From Caldilineales bacterium (GTDB lineage Bacteria > Chloroflexota > Anaerolineae > J102): 64,000 nt of DNA. Below the pieces are notes generated by a model that worked only from the letters and a program-made list of their open reading frames with translations, made no database searches and was not told the origin of the DNA. Shown piece by piece: positions 10,166 through 20,633 of this stretch. The position numbers were made by a program, and so were the translations under genes. The stretch is from contig JBBINH010000015.1 in the NCBI GenBank assembly GCA_037443945.1, positions 4,475-68,474 on the forward strand, in the 5' to 3' direction. The first letter of the stretch is position 1; every line of letters begins with the position of its first letter.

Positions 10166-11086
10166 ATGATGCGACGTTTTCTGGCCGATCTGGCCCTCCT
10201 GGTGGTCACGGCCATCTGGGGCCTGACCTTTGTCATGGTCCGGGATGCCGTCCTTGCCTATCCGGTCTTTGCCTTTCTAGCGACCCGCTTCGCCCTGGCC
10301 CTGGTGGGGTTGCTGCCCGTTCTGCTCTGGCGACGGCATTATCTGCGTTCGGTTGGGCGGAGTCCCCGCTTGCTGCGACAGTTAGCCGCAGGCGCCCTTA
10401 TCGGTTTCGCCCTCTTTGCCGGCTATGCCTTCCAGACCACGGGCCTGCTCTTCACCACCCCGGCCAAAGCCGGTTTTATCACCGGCTTAAGTGTGGTCAT
10501 CGTGCCGTTGCTGGGCGTGCTGTTCTGGCGCGAACGGCTCCATCCGGCCGTTATCGGCGGTGTGGCCCTGGCCCTGGCCGGGATGGGATTTCTCTCCCTC
10601 AGCGGGATGGATGCGCCGCTGGCCGTCAATCCCGGCGATCTGTTGGTGCTGGTCTGTGCGGTCAGTTTTGCCGGCCAGATCGTCCTCGTCGGCCGCTTTG
10701 CCCCCCGCATGAATGCCCTGGTGCTGACCACCGCGCAAATCGCCACCGTGGCGTTGCTGTCTGCGGGTATCAGCCTGGTTTGGGAGCACCCTCCCATCTG
10801 GCCTCCGCGCGGCCAGCCTCTCTTTGCCGCCCTGTTTACGGGTCTGCTGGCCACGGCGCTGGCCTTTGCCGTCCAGACTGCGGCCCAGCGCTTCACCACG
10901 GCCACCCATGCCGCCCTTATCTTTGCCACCGAACCCATCTTCGCGGCCCTCGGTTCCTATCTGTTCATCGGTGAAGTGCTGTCTCCGTCGCAATGGCTGG
11001 GTTGCGGCCTGATTCTGGCCGGTATGCTCCTGGCCGAACTGGGACCGGGTCTGCGACGGCGGATGGCGGCCGTCGAATCGGTTTGA
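10166..11086 (+). CDS. EamA/DMT-family transporter
   Basis: 306-aa protein with ten predicted TM helices. It shows the two-repeat EamA architecture (Gly-rich 'GLLFTTPAKAGFITGL', 'IFATEPIFAALG'). Confidence 0.8.
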   Translation: MMRRFLADLALLVVTAIWGLTFVMVRDAVLAYPVFAFLATRFALALVGLLPVLLWRRHYLRSVGRSPRLLRQLAAGALIGFALFAGYAFQTTGLLFTTPAKAGFITGLSVVIVPLLGVLFWRERLHPAVIGGVALALAGMGFLSLSGMDAPLAVNPGDLLVLVCAVSFAGQIVLVGRFAPRMNALVLTTAQIATVALLSAGISLVWEHPPIWPPRGQPLFAALFTGLLATALAFAVQTAAQRFTTATHAALIFATEPIFAALGSYLFIGEVLSPSQWLGCGLILAGMLLAELGPGLRRRMAAVESV

Positions 11087-11095
11087 ATCCCTGCT

Positions 11096-12130
11096 ATGTC
11101 TTCTGACGCTGCCGTCTTCACCCATCGGCTGGGCCGTGTTTACCAAGTGCGCGGCCCTAAACAGAAAGGCGATCCGACGACGATCGTCGCCCTGACCGAC
11201 ATCAACCTCACCGTGGAGCGCGGGGAGCTGTTTGGCTTGCTGGGCCCGAACGGCGCCGGCAAGACCACCCTGATCAAAATCCTGACCACCCTGCTCCTGC
11301 CCACCACCGGCACGGCCATGGTGTTGGGATTGGACGTTGTGCAGCAGGCGCAGGCCATCCGTCGCCGTATCAGCATGGTCAGCGGCGGCGAGACGAGCGG
11401 CTACGGTCTGCTCACGGTGGAAGAGAACCTGTGGATGTTCGCCCGCTTCTACGGTCTCGATAGCAAGGTAGCCCGCCGGCGTATCGCCGAGATGCTCGAC
11501 GTGGTAGGGCTGGCCGACCGTCGGCGCAGCAAAATCTCCGACCTCTCCACCGGGCTGCGCCAAAAGATGAACTTCGTGCGCGGGTTTATCACCGATCCCG
11601 ATGTGGTCTTCCTGGACGAGCCAACGCTGGGTCTGGATGTGACGGCCGCCCGGCAGGTGCGCGAGTTCGTGCGCAACTGGATGCAGGCCCATCCTGACCG
11701 CACCGTCTTGCTGACCACCCATTACATGGCCGAAGCCGATGAGCTCTGCGACCGTCTGGCCATCATCGACAAGGGTCGGTTGCTGGCCCTGGATACACCG
11801 GCCAATCTCAAGCGACGGCTGCGGCGTGAGGCCGTCTTTACCCTGCGGGTGGCGCCTTTGGGCCGCCGCCCGCTTCGTCGCGAGGATATGCTCGAAGCCG
11901 TGCCGGGCGTGCGCCAAGTGACCGTGGCCGAAAAGGACGGCGCCACCGAGCTGAAGTTGATCCTGGAGAGCGAAGATGCGCTGACAGGGGTACTCGACCA
12001 TGTCCATCGCCGCGGGTCCGGGCTGATCGCGCTGGAGAAGCGCGAACCGACCCTTGAGGATGTGTTTATCGACCTGGTGGGTCGCGGTCTGGATGTGGAT
12101 ACTTCCGAAGGGCGGAAGAACGGGTATTGA
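11096..12130 (+). CDS. ABC transporter ATP-binding protein (DrrA-like exporter ATPase)
   Basis: Walker A 'GPNGAGKTT', signature 'LSTGLRQK', Walker B 'VVFLDEPTLGLD', H-loop 'LLTTHYM'. Confidence 0.9.
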   Translation: MSSDAAVFTHRLGRVYQVRGPKQKGDPTTIVALTDINLTVERGELFGLLGPNGAGKTTLIKILTTLLLPTTGTAMVLGLDVVQQAQAIRRRISMVSGGETSGYGLLTVEENLWMFARFYGLDSKVARRRIAEMLDVVGLADRRRSKISDLSTGLRQKMNFVRGFITDPDVVFLDEPTLGLDVTAARQVREFVRNWMQAHPDRTVLLTTHYMAEADELCDRLAIIDKGRLLALDTPANLKRRLRREAVFTLRVAPLGRRPLRREDMLEAVPGVRQVTVAEKDGATELKLILESEDALTGVLDHVHRRGSGLIALEKREPTLEDVFIDLVGRGLDVDTSEGRKNGY

Positions 12131-12131
12131 G

Positions 12132-12971
12132 ATGGACGGCGAGCGCGTGGTCAAACGACAAGGGCTGAGCCTCTTCTGGGCGACGATGTGGGCGCGGGCC
12201 TATCCGCGCATCGTCGGGACCTTCCGCGAGCGGAGCTGGATGTTTTTCGAGACCTTGCTGCCGGTGCTGGCCGTGTCGGGCTATGTCTTTATCTATCGGG
12301 CCATTCAGGCCCCGCCCGCCTACACCGGCTTTGCCGTCCTGGGCGGGGTCATGACGGCCTTCTGGCTGAATGTGCTCTGGAGCATGGCCAGTCAGCTCTA
12401 TTGGGACAAGGACCAGGGCAATCTGGAGATTTACGTCATGGCACCCGGTCCGCTCATGGCCGTGCTTCTGGGTATGGCCGTGGGCGGCATGGTGATGACG
12501 GGAACGCGCGCGGCCGCCATTCTGATCGTGTGTTCGCTCCTCTTCGATGTGACCTACCAGATCGCCCAGCCACTCTGGCTGGTGGCAGCCTTTGTGTTGA
12601 CCATGGCCGCGCTGTACGGCATGGGCATGCTCTTTGCCTCCATTTTTCTGGTCTCGGGCCGCGAAGCCTGGCATCTCTCCAATCTGTTGCAAGAGCCGAT
12701 TTATCTCGTCTCCGGCTTCTATTTCCCCGTCAAGGCCCTGGGCTTTTGGGTAGCGACGCTGGCGTCCATCATTCCCCTGACCCTGGGCCTGGATGCCATG
12801 CGTCAGCTCCTTTTTGCCGGCGATCCCAGCTTGGGCTTTTTGCCGGTGCCGGTGGAGGTGACCGTGCAGTTCGTCCTGGCCGTGGTCTTTATCACCGCTG
12901 CCTACGGGGCCCTGGCCAGGCTGGAGGCCATCGGCCGTCGGCAAGGGCGGCTGATCGAACGGAGGCGTTGA
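12132..12971 (+). CDS. ABC-2 type transporter permease
   Basis: ATG 2 nt after the ATPase stop. Six-TM ABC-2 membrane protein ('MDGERVVKRQGLSLFWA...'). Confidence 0.75.
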   Translation: MDGERVVKRQGLSLFWATMWARAYPRIVGTFRERSWMFFETLLPVLAVSGYVFIYRAIQAPPAYTGFAVLGGVMTAFWLNVLWSMASQLYWDKDQGNLEIYVMAPGPLMAVLLGMAVGGMVMTGTRAAAILIVCSLLFDVTYQIAQPLWLVAAFVLTMAALYGMGMLFASIFLVSGREAWHLSNLLQEPIYLVSGFYFPVKALGFWVATLASIIPLTLGLDAMRQLLFAGDPSLGFLPVPVEVTVQFVLAVVFITAAYGALARLEAIGRRQGRLIERRR

Positions 12972-12973
12972 GG

Positions 12974-13864
12974 ATGATTCTGGCACGAGGCGTGCTCGAT
13001 GCTCCTTACCTGCGCCGCCATGATGGTCTGCGCAGCTTTCTGGTGGCATCGTGGTTGGGCTGGCAGATCGAATCGAACTGGGCCGATCCCTTCCTCTTTG
13101 CCGTGTATGCCATTACCCGGCCCCTGGCAAACGTGCTCATCCTGGTGGTGATGTACGCCGTCATCACCGATGGCGCCTTCGAGCAGCCCATTTTCCCGTA
13201 CATTTACCTGGGCAATGCGTTGTACATTCTGGTCGGTCAGGTGATCACCGGCGTAAGCTGGGCCATCATCGACGACCGGGAACACTATCGGGTGGCCAAA
13301 CACCTCTATACGGCGCCTATTGACGGCTACGCCTACCTGTTTGGCCGCGGGGTGGCGCGACTCCTGATCGGCACGATTTCAGTCCTTATCGTCGTGGGTT
13401 TTGGCATGCTCCTGTTTCGCCTGCCCATCCACCTGAGCACGGTCGACTGGCCCTTGCTGCTGCTCAGCACGGCGTTGGGCGTGGCCGCGCTGGCCGGGCT
13501 GGGGGTGATCATCGGGGCCTGGACGATGACCATGGCCCGCCATTTCTGGTCGGTGGGCGAGGCCGTGGCCGGCGCTCTCTACCTCTTTAGCGGAGCCATC
13601 TTCCCCCTCGACCTGTTACCGACCTGGTTGCAGCCGTTGGGTTTTGCCTTGCCCGTGACCTATTGGCTGGAAGCGGCCCGTCGTGCCCTTCTGGGTCCGC
13701 ACGCCCACGGTTTTCAGACCCTGGCGGGGTTGTCGAACGTCGAACTGATCGGCATTCTGGCCGCCTTTGTGGCCGCTTTGCTACCCAGCTCGCGGCTTGT
13801 CTATCGGTGGACTTTGCATACGGCCAAGGAAAAAGGGCTGATCGATATGGAAACGGGCTATTGA
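12974..13864 (+). CDS. ABC-2 type transporter permease (second membrane subunit)
   Basis: ATG 3 nt after the preceding stop ('MILARGVLDAPYLRRHDG...'). Polytopic. The ORF-track 12188 ORF is an out-of-frame shadow up to this start. Confidence 0.75.
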   Translation: MILARGVLDAPYLRRHDGLRSFLVASWLGWQIESNWADPFLFAVYAITRPLANVLILVVMYAVITDGAFEQPIFPYIYLGNALYILVGQVITGVSWAIIDDREHYRVAKHLYTAPIDGYAYLFGRGVARLLIGTISVLIVVGFGMLLFRLPIHLSTVDWPLLLLSTALGVAALAGLGVIIGAWTMTMARHFWSVGEAVAGALYLFSGAIFPLDLLPTWLQPLGFALPVTYWLEAARRALLGPHAHGFQTLAGLSNVELIGILAAFVAALLPSSRLVYRWTLHTAKEKGLIDMETGY

Positions 13865-14561
13865 AGACGAGGACGAAAGGCCCGTTTGCCTCTACCGTGC
13901 CCGCGCTACTGCGACCATCAGGTCGGCCGGCGATCCCACCGATGCGGCCGCAGACGGGCGATCCGTTCCGGCGGCAGGAGGCCGGCGCCGCTGGTGTCGT
14001 CGCCGGTCTTGGCGCCGAGGGTAGCCTGCACCGGCAACGTGCTCGTTTCGGGAGGGTTTTTCCGGCTCGATGCGGCCGACATGGGAGATGACGCCACGCG
14101 AGAGGTGTCCAAGCCCGGCTTGACGCCGGGGGCGATGGGGATCGCCACGCGCGGCCAAACATGAGAATCGGCGCCGGGTGCAGGAGGTCCCACCCCGCAA
14201 GGCGGCGCCGAACGCAACCGGTTCACGCCTGGCCCGGCGCCGGGAACGGTTGCCGTCGCCACGCGCCCTACCTTGGGCTACGCGAACCACCAAACGGGCA
14301 AGCGGCGTCACGCGCAAGAGAACCCACCGCGCGTGGCGCCCCGATGGCAGAACATCGCGGCGCGGGCGTAACTGTCTACGTACCGACTGAGGTCGCCCGC
14401 CATAGGCCTTTGGCCCTTCGGTCGGCCTGTGCCGACCGGGTGCGTCGGCGCAGGCCGACGCCCGGCACAATGGCTCAGGAAAGCCGATTTGCAATCGGCG
14501 CACAAGGGCAGGCAGCCGCCGGGTAGGCAGTTACGCGCGGGCTAGGCCCACTACCCCAACC

Positions 14562-15956
14562 CTACACCTGCACCAACCATAAGGCCAGGGTTTGGATGAG
14601 CGAATCGAACACGGCCGGGTTCAGGGCAATCAACAGCCCGGCCAGCAACAAAGGCCAGATCAACCAGCGCAGGCCGTCTGCCTCGCGCGGCATGGAGCGG
14701 TCGCACAGCGGACGTTGCAAATGCGGCATCAACCGGGCCAATCCTACCGTGGCCAGAAAAAGGGCCAACATGGCGCCGAGAAAAGCAACGTTGTTGCCTG
14801 TGGCGGCCAGACGCAGCATCGCCATCCGCGCCGGAAACAGCGCGCCCAAGGGCCATCCCAACAAAAACAGCCCCCCGCCCGCCAGCGCAACGCCGGCCGT
14901 CGGCAGACGTTCCCCAACCCCGTGCAGGGCCGTGTAACCGGCATTATCGCCGAAACGCTCGGCCAGGGCCTGGTAGCCCGCCGCCGTCATCACCAGCACC
15001 AACGGGCGCGCCAGGAGCATCCCCAGCATGGCATCCACGCCGAACTCGCCGCTCAGACTCCACAACAACAGCGAGGCGCCGTAATCCCACAGGAGCAGAT
15101 AACCCCAGAGCTGGCCCAGTCTTCGGGCCGAGGCCGCAAACAGCCCGGCCCACACCATCTGGATGATGGCCAGCCACGGCAGCCAGCGCGCCGGATCGGC
15201 GAACTCGGCGATCAGAGGATAGGCCAGCAAAATGCGGCGCACAAGGGCATAAGTGGTTATCTGCCAGGTGCCCACGACAAAGGCCGCTGCAAGGGGCGGC
15301 GCGTGCTCACCCAGACTGACGATCCAGCCGTGCAAGGGGACCGGGGTAAGCAACAGAATAAGGGCTATGAACAACGCCCGCCACCCCAGAACCCACAACG
15401 CGGGGTCGCGCACGCTCAGATCGGGTTGCCCAATCGTCCACGAGGCAAACAAAAACACGGGGAAAGCCAAGGTGGGGACGAGCAGGATGCGCAAGGCGCC
15501 TCGCGCCAGCCGGGGAGTCGTACCCTGCGCCGCAAAGGCCATGAAGATCACGGCCACGACCAGCCAGAGCGGTGCGGTCAGCAGCGGCGTGCTGCTTAGG
15601 GTCAAGAGCAGCGCCATCAGGATCAAGGGAATACTCGGGAACAGCGCCCGATCACTCCGGGTCCAGGCTCCGGCCAGGGCAAACAAGGCCCCCCATCCCA
15701 GCAGAAGCAAGGCGGGGGCGCGCGTGGCCGTGTTCAGATGCAGGCGAAAACCCCAGAGCGTCGCCGTGCGATCCACATTGAGGGTGCGTCCCAACCAGGT
15801 GGTTTCACCCCCATGCGGTGCCCGCCACAAAAACCAGGCCAGGACAACCAGACCGACGGCGACGACGAGGCCCGGCAGCCAGGGCAGTCGTCGCAAGAGA
15901 TGGGCCAATAACGCCAACACCAACAACCAGAGGAGAACGGCCGTCAGCAGGTTCAC
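14562..15956 (-). CDS. Polytopic membrane protein with NuoN/MrpD-like proton-antiporter signature
   Basis: 464 aa with about 14 predicted TM helices. 'PLHGWIVSLGEHAPPLAAAFVVGT' resembles the conserved 'P-H-W-(PDA)-EG-AP-P-S/AA' TM7 segment of the NuoL/M/N/MrpA/D family. Confidence 0.5.
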   Translation of the reverse strand: MNLLTAVLLWLLVLALLAHLLRRLPWLPGLVVAVGLVVLAWFLWRAPHGGETTWLGRTLNVDRTATLWGFRLHLNTATRAPALLLLGWGALFALAGAWTRSDRALFPSIPLILMALLLTLSSTPLLTAPLWLVVAVIFMAFAAQGTTPRLARGALRILLVPTLAFPVFLFASWTIGQPDLSVRDPALWVLGWRALFIALILLLTPVPLHGWIVSLGEHAPPLAAAFVVGTWQITTYALVRRILLAYPLIAEFADPARWLPWLAIIQMVWAGLFAASARRLGQLWGYLLLWDYGASLLLWSLSGEFGVDAMLGMLLARPLVLVMTAAGYQALAERFGDNAGYTALHGVGERLPTAGVALAGGGLFLLGWPLGALFPARMAMLRLAATGNNVAFLGAMLALFLATVGLARLMPHLQRPLCDRSMPREADGLRWLIWPLLLAGLLIALNPAVFDSLIQTLALWLVQV

Positions 15957-16616
15957 GCATCCTCCGGATAAGGCCAGAAACGAGCGCCGTCCACGACGAT
16001 CAGATAGGAGATGGCAAAGCCCAGCAGAAGCTCAAGGCCGGCTAAAAGGGCCACGGTGTTGACATCCGTGCGCAGGGCAGGAACGGCAAAATGGGCGGTG
16101 AGCACCCACAACGACAGGCCAAACCCCCAGCGCATGGGCCGATCCCCCAATCCCAGTCCCACCAGTCCGGCCAGGGCCAGAAAGGTGGCCAATTGTGCCA
16201 GGTCGGGGTCGAGATCGGGCAAGGCGACAACCGGTCGCTGGCTGTAAACCACCACCAGCAACAACAGCACCAGGGCCAGCCGCATCAGAGTCGAGGCATT
16301 CAAGCGCCAGCGGGGTAGCCACCACGGTCGCTTTTCTTGTTTGCGCTGGATGCTCTCCACCCGTCGCGCCGAGAGAAACCACATGACGCCCACGAGGCCC
16401 CCCACAATCCAGGGCAGCAAAGCCCATTCCGGCGGCAGCAGCCGCGTGAGCAAAATACCGACCAGCACGTGCACAAGCGCAAAAGCGGCCAGGGCAAAGC
16501 GCCAATCGCTGAATACCAGCATAAAAGCCACCAACAGCAGGCTAAGCCCTACGGCGCCTTCCTGGGCCAGCGGCGTCACACGCGCCAGAAATGTGTCCAA
16601 AGTCGGCACCGGCATG
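15953..16616 (-). CDS. Small polytopic membrane protein (middle gene of the antiporter-like trio)
   Basis: Internal ATG 'MPVPTLDTFLARV' placed a few nt after the upstream gene's stop. About 221 aa, hydrophobic. The remainder of the ORF-track extension overlaps the neighbouring gene. Confidence 0.4.
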
Positions 16617-16620
16617 GTCG

Positions 16621-18328
16621 CTACCCGCGCAACAACAGCCAAGCCAGAAGGATGACGAGGAGGACATAGCCAAACTGTCCGGCCCCGTCCACCAGATCGG
16701 CGCCGTAACCAAGGCCGATCACCAGATAGTGGCCCACCCGGCCCAGACCACGACTCAACCAGTTCAGGGTCGCTACGCGACCTACCGTCTCGCGCCAGCG
16801 CTGCAGACTGCCAAACCAACGTTCGTCATGGCGGGACAAGAGCCAGCCCATGCCTAACGGCAAGACCAGGGTCAACCACCCACCCCATCCTGCCTGAGCC
16901 GGCAGAGTCAGGGCGGAGCCCTGCCGAGAGATGCCGGTGGTCTCGACATCGGTACCGCCGAGAACGACGAGGATACCGGGATGGAGTGCGTAGGCCAGGG
17001 TCAGCCCTGCGGTCAGGATCAAGGCCCCAAGCCGGATGAGAAGAAGCTCGCGCCCACGCCACCGGACCGGTCCCCACGGTCGCAGTCCTGACCTCGGCGC
17101 GGATGGCATCGCCTGAGACGCCGATGACGGCATGGCGGTTGGGGCCATCGGCTCCGGGAGGGCAGCCTCTGCGAATTGACGCAGCAAAGTCGCCACCAGC
17201 AAGCTCTGTCCTACCAGCACGGCCAGCCAACCGAACACCCCTACAGGCACGGCGGCCAGCCGTGCCAGAGTGAGGGTAGGCGCAAAGCCGGGCGTGAAGG
17301 GTATCCCGCCGAGAACGGCCACGGCCAGGCCCAGGGGCCAACGCCACCCCATATGCCGACGCAACCAGTGGCCCAACCACCACAAGGCCGTGCCCAGACC
17401 CAGGGTAAGCACGAGCAGCAAGGCCTGCGAGGGCTCCAACCCCATCACAAGCATGGCCCAGGTGGCACGGTTGACCCCAAGCAGCGTCATGCTCAGACCT
17501 TCACGGCGACAGGCCCACGCGGCCAACGCACTGCCCAAAAGGGCCATGGCGCCCAGGGGGACCCACAACTGACTGGCCAGCAGCGAAAGGTCCAGTCGCC
17601 TCAGCAAGGCCAGAATCGCCAGGGTCGGCACTAGATGACCTGCGGTCAGACGGGCCGTCGCCGTTGTTGTGGTGGCCGCGATCCCGCTCAGCCAGAGATG
17701 GAAGGGATAGGTCGCCAACGGGATGGCGGCAGCCACGATCACCAGCCATTGCGCCTGGGCATTGAGCACCGCTGTGGCCAGGGGCATTTCTAGGCTGCGA
17801 CCGCCGTTGAACAAAGGCGCCGCCATCATGGCAAGACCGGAAAACATCGCCCAGGCCCATACCCGGCCGGCACCGGGAGCGCCGATGACCAGACCCATCA
17901 GCATCCCTAGCGCCGTCCAGACCGGCAGCAGCGTCAGCCAGTTCCCGGCCATGAGCACCAGAAGGGCTGCCCCTACCAGCAGCAACGCCCAGGCCCGCGG
18001 ATCCGCAAAACCGGGGCGAACTTCCCAGCCCGGTGCCACCAGGAGGACCGGCAACAGAAGCAGGATGACGAGACCGACCACCCAGGCCTCTCCCGGCAGC
18101 TTGAGTCGCAGCACGGTAGGCAAGCTCAACGGTGCCGACCAGCTCCAGAAGAGTTGGGCGCGGTCCAATGTACCACGCAAGACCAACCAATCCAGCAAGG
18201 TCAGCCCGGCGATACCTACCGGCAATAAAGGCCATCGCCGGACGTGCCTGCCGCCGGCCACAAGCAAAAGGGCACCGGCAACGAGGAGGAAGACCGGCCC
18301 CAGGGGCGAAGTCCATACGAAAGTCACG
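16621..18328 (-). CDS. Large polytopic membrane protein, NuoL/MrpA-like (divergent)
   Basis: About 570 aa. 'YPFHLWLSGIAATTTTATARLTAG' is a degenerate version of the NuoL/MrpD 'FHxWLPDA...SAL...G' motif. GTG start at 18328 ('VTFVWTSPLG'). Confidence 0.45.
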
Positions 18329-18488
18329 GGATCGGGATTGTAGCACGGCCGGGCATGAAGCGCGAAGCCCACGCTACGCTCAGAATGTTTGCGACCCTGC
18401 CGGTTACCGCTTCGGCCGTTTGCGGTGCTACAATGCACGGCCGATCTCCCCTTGAGAAGCTCTCCTCCGGCTATTTCACCCCCAGGAG

Positions 18489-19607
18489 TTGGTCCCGTTG
18501 TCTACCGATAGCCTTGTGCAAGGACGGCTCACCGAACAGCTGCAGGCTGTCGTCGCCGACTACTTCCTCATCGAATCCATTCGCTTTGATGTCGTTTTTG
18601 GCCGTTTCGGCCATGCCATCCGCCTGAGCGGGCGGTTTTTAGCGCCCACGGCCGGCGCTTATGACGTCCTCGCCGGCCGCGCCGCCGCCTACGGTCTGCT
18701 CATCTTTTTCCGCCGCGAAGGGAAAGAAGAAGTCATCTACGCCGTGCAGGGGGCCTTACCCCGACACCGGCCGCGCTGGGCGCTGGCAATCTTGCTCTTT
18801 GTCGCCACCCTCGCTTCCGTGTTCCTAACCGGGGGGCTGCAAGAAACGCGCGGGGGCATACTCATCAACTGGCAGGAGGGTCTGGCATTTGCTCTGCCCC
18901 TGATGGCCATTCTGCTCGCCCACGAAATGGGGCATTTTCTTGTCGGCCGTCACTATCGCATGGCCATCAGCCCGCCCTTTTTTATTCCCTTGCCGGTGGT
19001 CTCCCTGGGCACCCTGGGTGCCGTGATCGTCATGCTGGCGCCGCCCAAAAACCGCCGGCAACTGCTGCAGATGGGTGCAGCCGGACCGTTGGCAGGGCTG
19101 CTTGTGGCCATCCCCATTCTGATCTACGGCTTGACCACCTCCTCGGTGGGTCCGTTACCGAACACGCCCTTCTTGTTAGAAGGCAACTCGATCTTCTACG
19201 GGCTAATGAAATGGCTTCTTTTTGGTCGTTGGCTGCCTTCCGGTGGTCTTGATGTCCAGCTCAACAACATCGCCTTTGCCGGTTGGGTGGGACTGCTGGT
19301 GACGGCGCTCAATCTGATCCCGGCCGGACAGCTCGATGGCGGTCATGCGGCTTTCACCCTCTTCGGCGGTTCGGTGCGGCCGCTGACCTGGGTGCTCATT
19401 CTCTTTATGCTGGGCTTGGCGGCCCTGACCGAGTTCTGGGGCTGGTTGCTCTGGGCCGGCCTGCTGTTCGTTTTCGGACAGGTCTATGCCGTCCCGATGG
19501 ACGATCTCACTCCCCTGGACGGCCGCCACAAGGCCCTGGCCATCCTGATGTTGGTTTTGGCCGTTTTGTTGTTCACCCCGATTCCGCTACGGGTGATCGT
19601 ACCCTGA
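18489..19607 (+). CDS. M50-family site-2 protease-like metallopeptidase
   Basis: Membrane protein with 'LAHEMGHFLVGR' (HExxH) and 'NLIPAGQLDGGH' (LDG motif). Confidence 0.8.
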   Translation: MVPLSTDSLVQGRLTEQLQAVVADYFLIESIRFDVVFGRFGHAIRLSGRFLAPTAGAYDVLAGRAAAYGLLIFFRREGKEEVIYAVQGALPRHRPRWALAILLFVATLASVFLTGGLQETRGGILINWQEGLAFALPLMAILLAHEMGHFLVGRHYRMAISPPFFIPLPVVSLGTLGAVIVMLAPPKNRRQLLQMGAAGPLAGLLVAIPILIYGLTTSSVGPLPNTPFLLEGNSIFYGLMKWLLFGRWLPSGGLDVQLNNIAFAGWVGLLVTALNLIPAGQLDGGHAAFTLFGGSVRPLTWVLILFMLGLAALTEFWGWLLWAGLLFVFGQVYAVPMDDLTPLDGRHKALAILMLVLAVLLFTPIPLRVIVP

Positions 19608-19637
19608 GGCGCTGCCGAGAGCATCCTCTGGCGGCCA

Positions 19638-20360
19638 TCAGAGTTCCTCGCGCGCAACGGCTTTGCTCCGGCGCGCCCAAAGCAATCGTAGGTGGACGGC
19701 CGCCCATTGGCGCAACATCGGCAAACGCAGCACCAACAAAAGCAAGAGCACGGCGCTGAAGAGCAAAGGTTGGCGGATATCGGATTTTTGCACCCATGTA
19801 TAATGGACCATCACCAAGACAGCCGCCGGATAGACCGCCTTATGCAGCGTTTTCCAACGGTGTCGCAGACGCCGCTGCCAGCCACGGGTCGAAGTGATGG
19901 CCAACGGCAGAAGCAGCAAAAAAGCGGCAAACCCGACCAGGACATAGCGCTTTTCGCTCAGTTCCAACGCAATCAGCCGTAGATCCAAGCCGTAATCCAC
20001 TCCCAGATACACCCAAAAGTGCAACGCAGCGTAAGCAAAGGCATAAAGCCCCAAGGCCCGACGTACCTTGAGCGCCTGACGAAAGCCCAGCCAGATGGCG
20101 AGTGGGGTGCAGCTCAGGGAGAGCAGCAGCAACACCATCGCCGTCTTGCCGGTACGAAAGGTGAGGTCCTGGATAGGATTGACACTAAGCCGACCGGTCA
20201 GACCGTCGGTCACCAGCAAGGCCAACGGTATCCACGCGGCCAGGTGAACAAGGGCTTGAAAGGGCGTCAAGCGAACACGTCCGATGGCAATGGGCTCATA
20301 AAGGGATGGCACAAAGCGCATGAGCGGAACGGCCTCCATCAGGTACAGGATTTTTGCCAA
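19638..20360 (-). CDS. msrQ: MsrQ/YedZ-like heme-binding membrane subunit (ferric-reductase-like TM domain)
   Basis: Six-TM protein with conserved His in the TM helices ('HLAAW', 'HFWVYLG', 'VHYTW'). Its size and pattern resemble the sulfoxide-reductase heme-binding subunit. True start is probably an internal Met (MEAV/MRFV). Confidence 0.65.
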   Translation of the reverse strand: MAKILYLMEAVPLMRFVPSLYEPIAIGRVRLTPFQALVHLAAWIPLALLVTDGLTGRLSVNPIQDLTFRTGKTAMVLLLLSLSCTPLAIWLGFRQALKVRRALGLYAFAYAALHFWVYLGVDYGLDLRLIALELSEKRYVLVGFAAFLLLLPLAITSTRGWQRRLRHRWKTLHKAVYPAAVLVMVHYTWVQKSDIRQPLLFSAVLLLLLVLRLPMLRQWAAVHLRLLWARRSKAVAREEL

Positions 20361-20633
20361 TGCTTTTGGGGAGATGATAGCATAGTTTCTTCGTTACCAT
20401 CTGTGCTCTACGCCACCGGGCGAAAGGAGTGCCCATTCATTATGAATTTTTTACCCGTTTATCATCTCGGCATAACCTTCTCTTATCCTGCACTTCACAT
20501 GGTCGTGTTATCCTTGGGGCAACATGACGAGTTGCTCCAACTACCCCCAGGCTGCTACCGGTCGGTCTCTTGGCGCAACGGCCGAGGCTGCGCGCGTCTT
20601 GGAGGATAACGACACACGCCAAAGGAGGAGAGG

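Noticed and set aside
10487-12154. 555-aa minus-strand ORF
   Set aside because: Antisense to the EamA transporter and ABC ATPase genes. The product is Gly/Arg/Gln-rich with no motifs.
12188-13864. 558-aa ORF-track entry treated as one gene
   Set aside because: Only the part from ATG 12974 is in a sensible frame (second ABC-2 permease). The 5' portion is an out-of-frame overlap with the first permease.
13865-14561. RNase P RNA, tmRNA or SRP RNA in the long convergent spacer
   Set aside because: I looked for the universal P4 'AGGAAAGUCCGG', the tmRNA 'GGGGC...UCCACCA' ends and the SRP 'GGAAGCAGCC' motif on both strands. Only a partial 'AGGGCAGG' match was present. There is not enough to call any of these.
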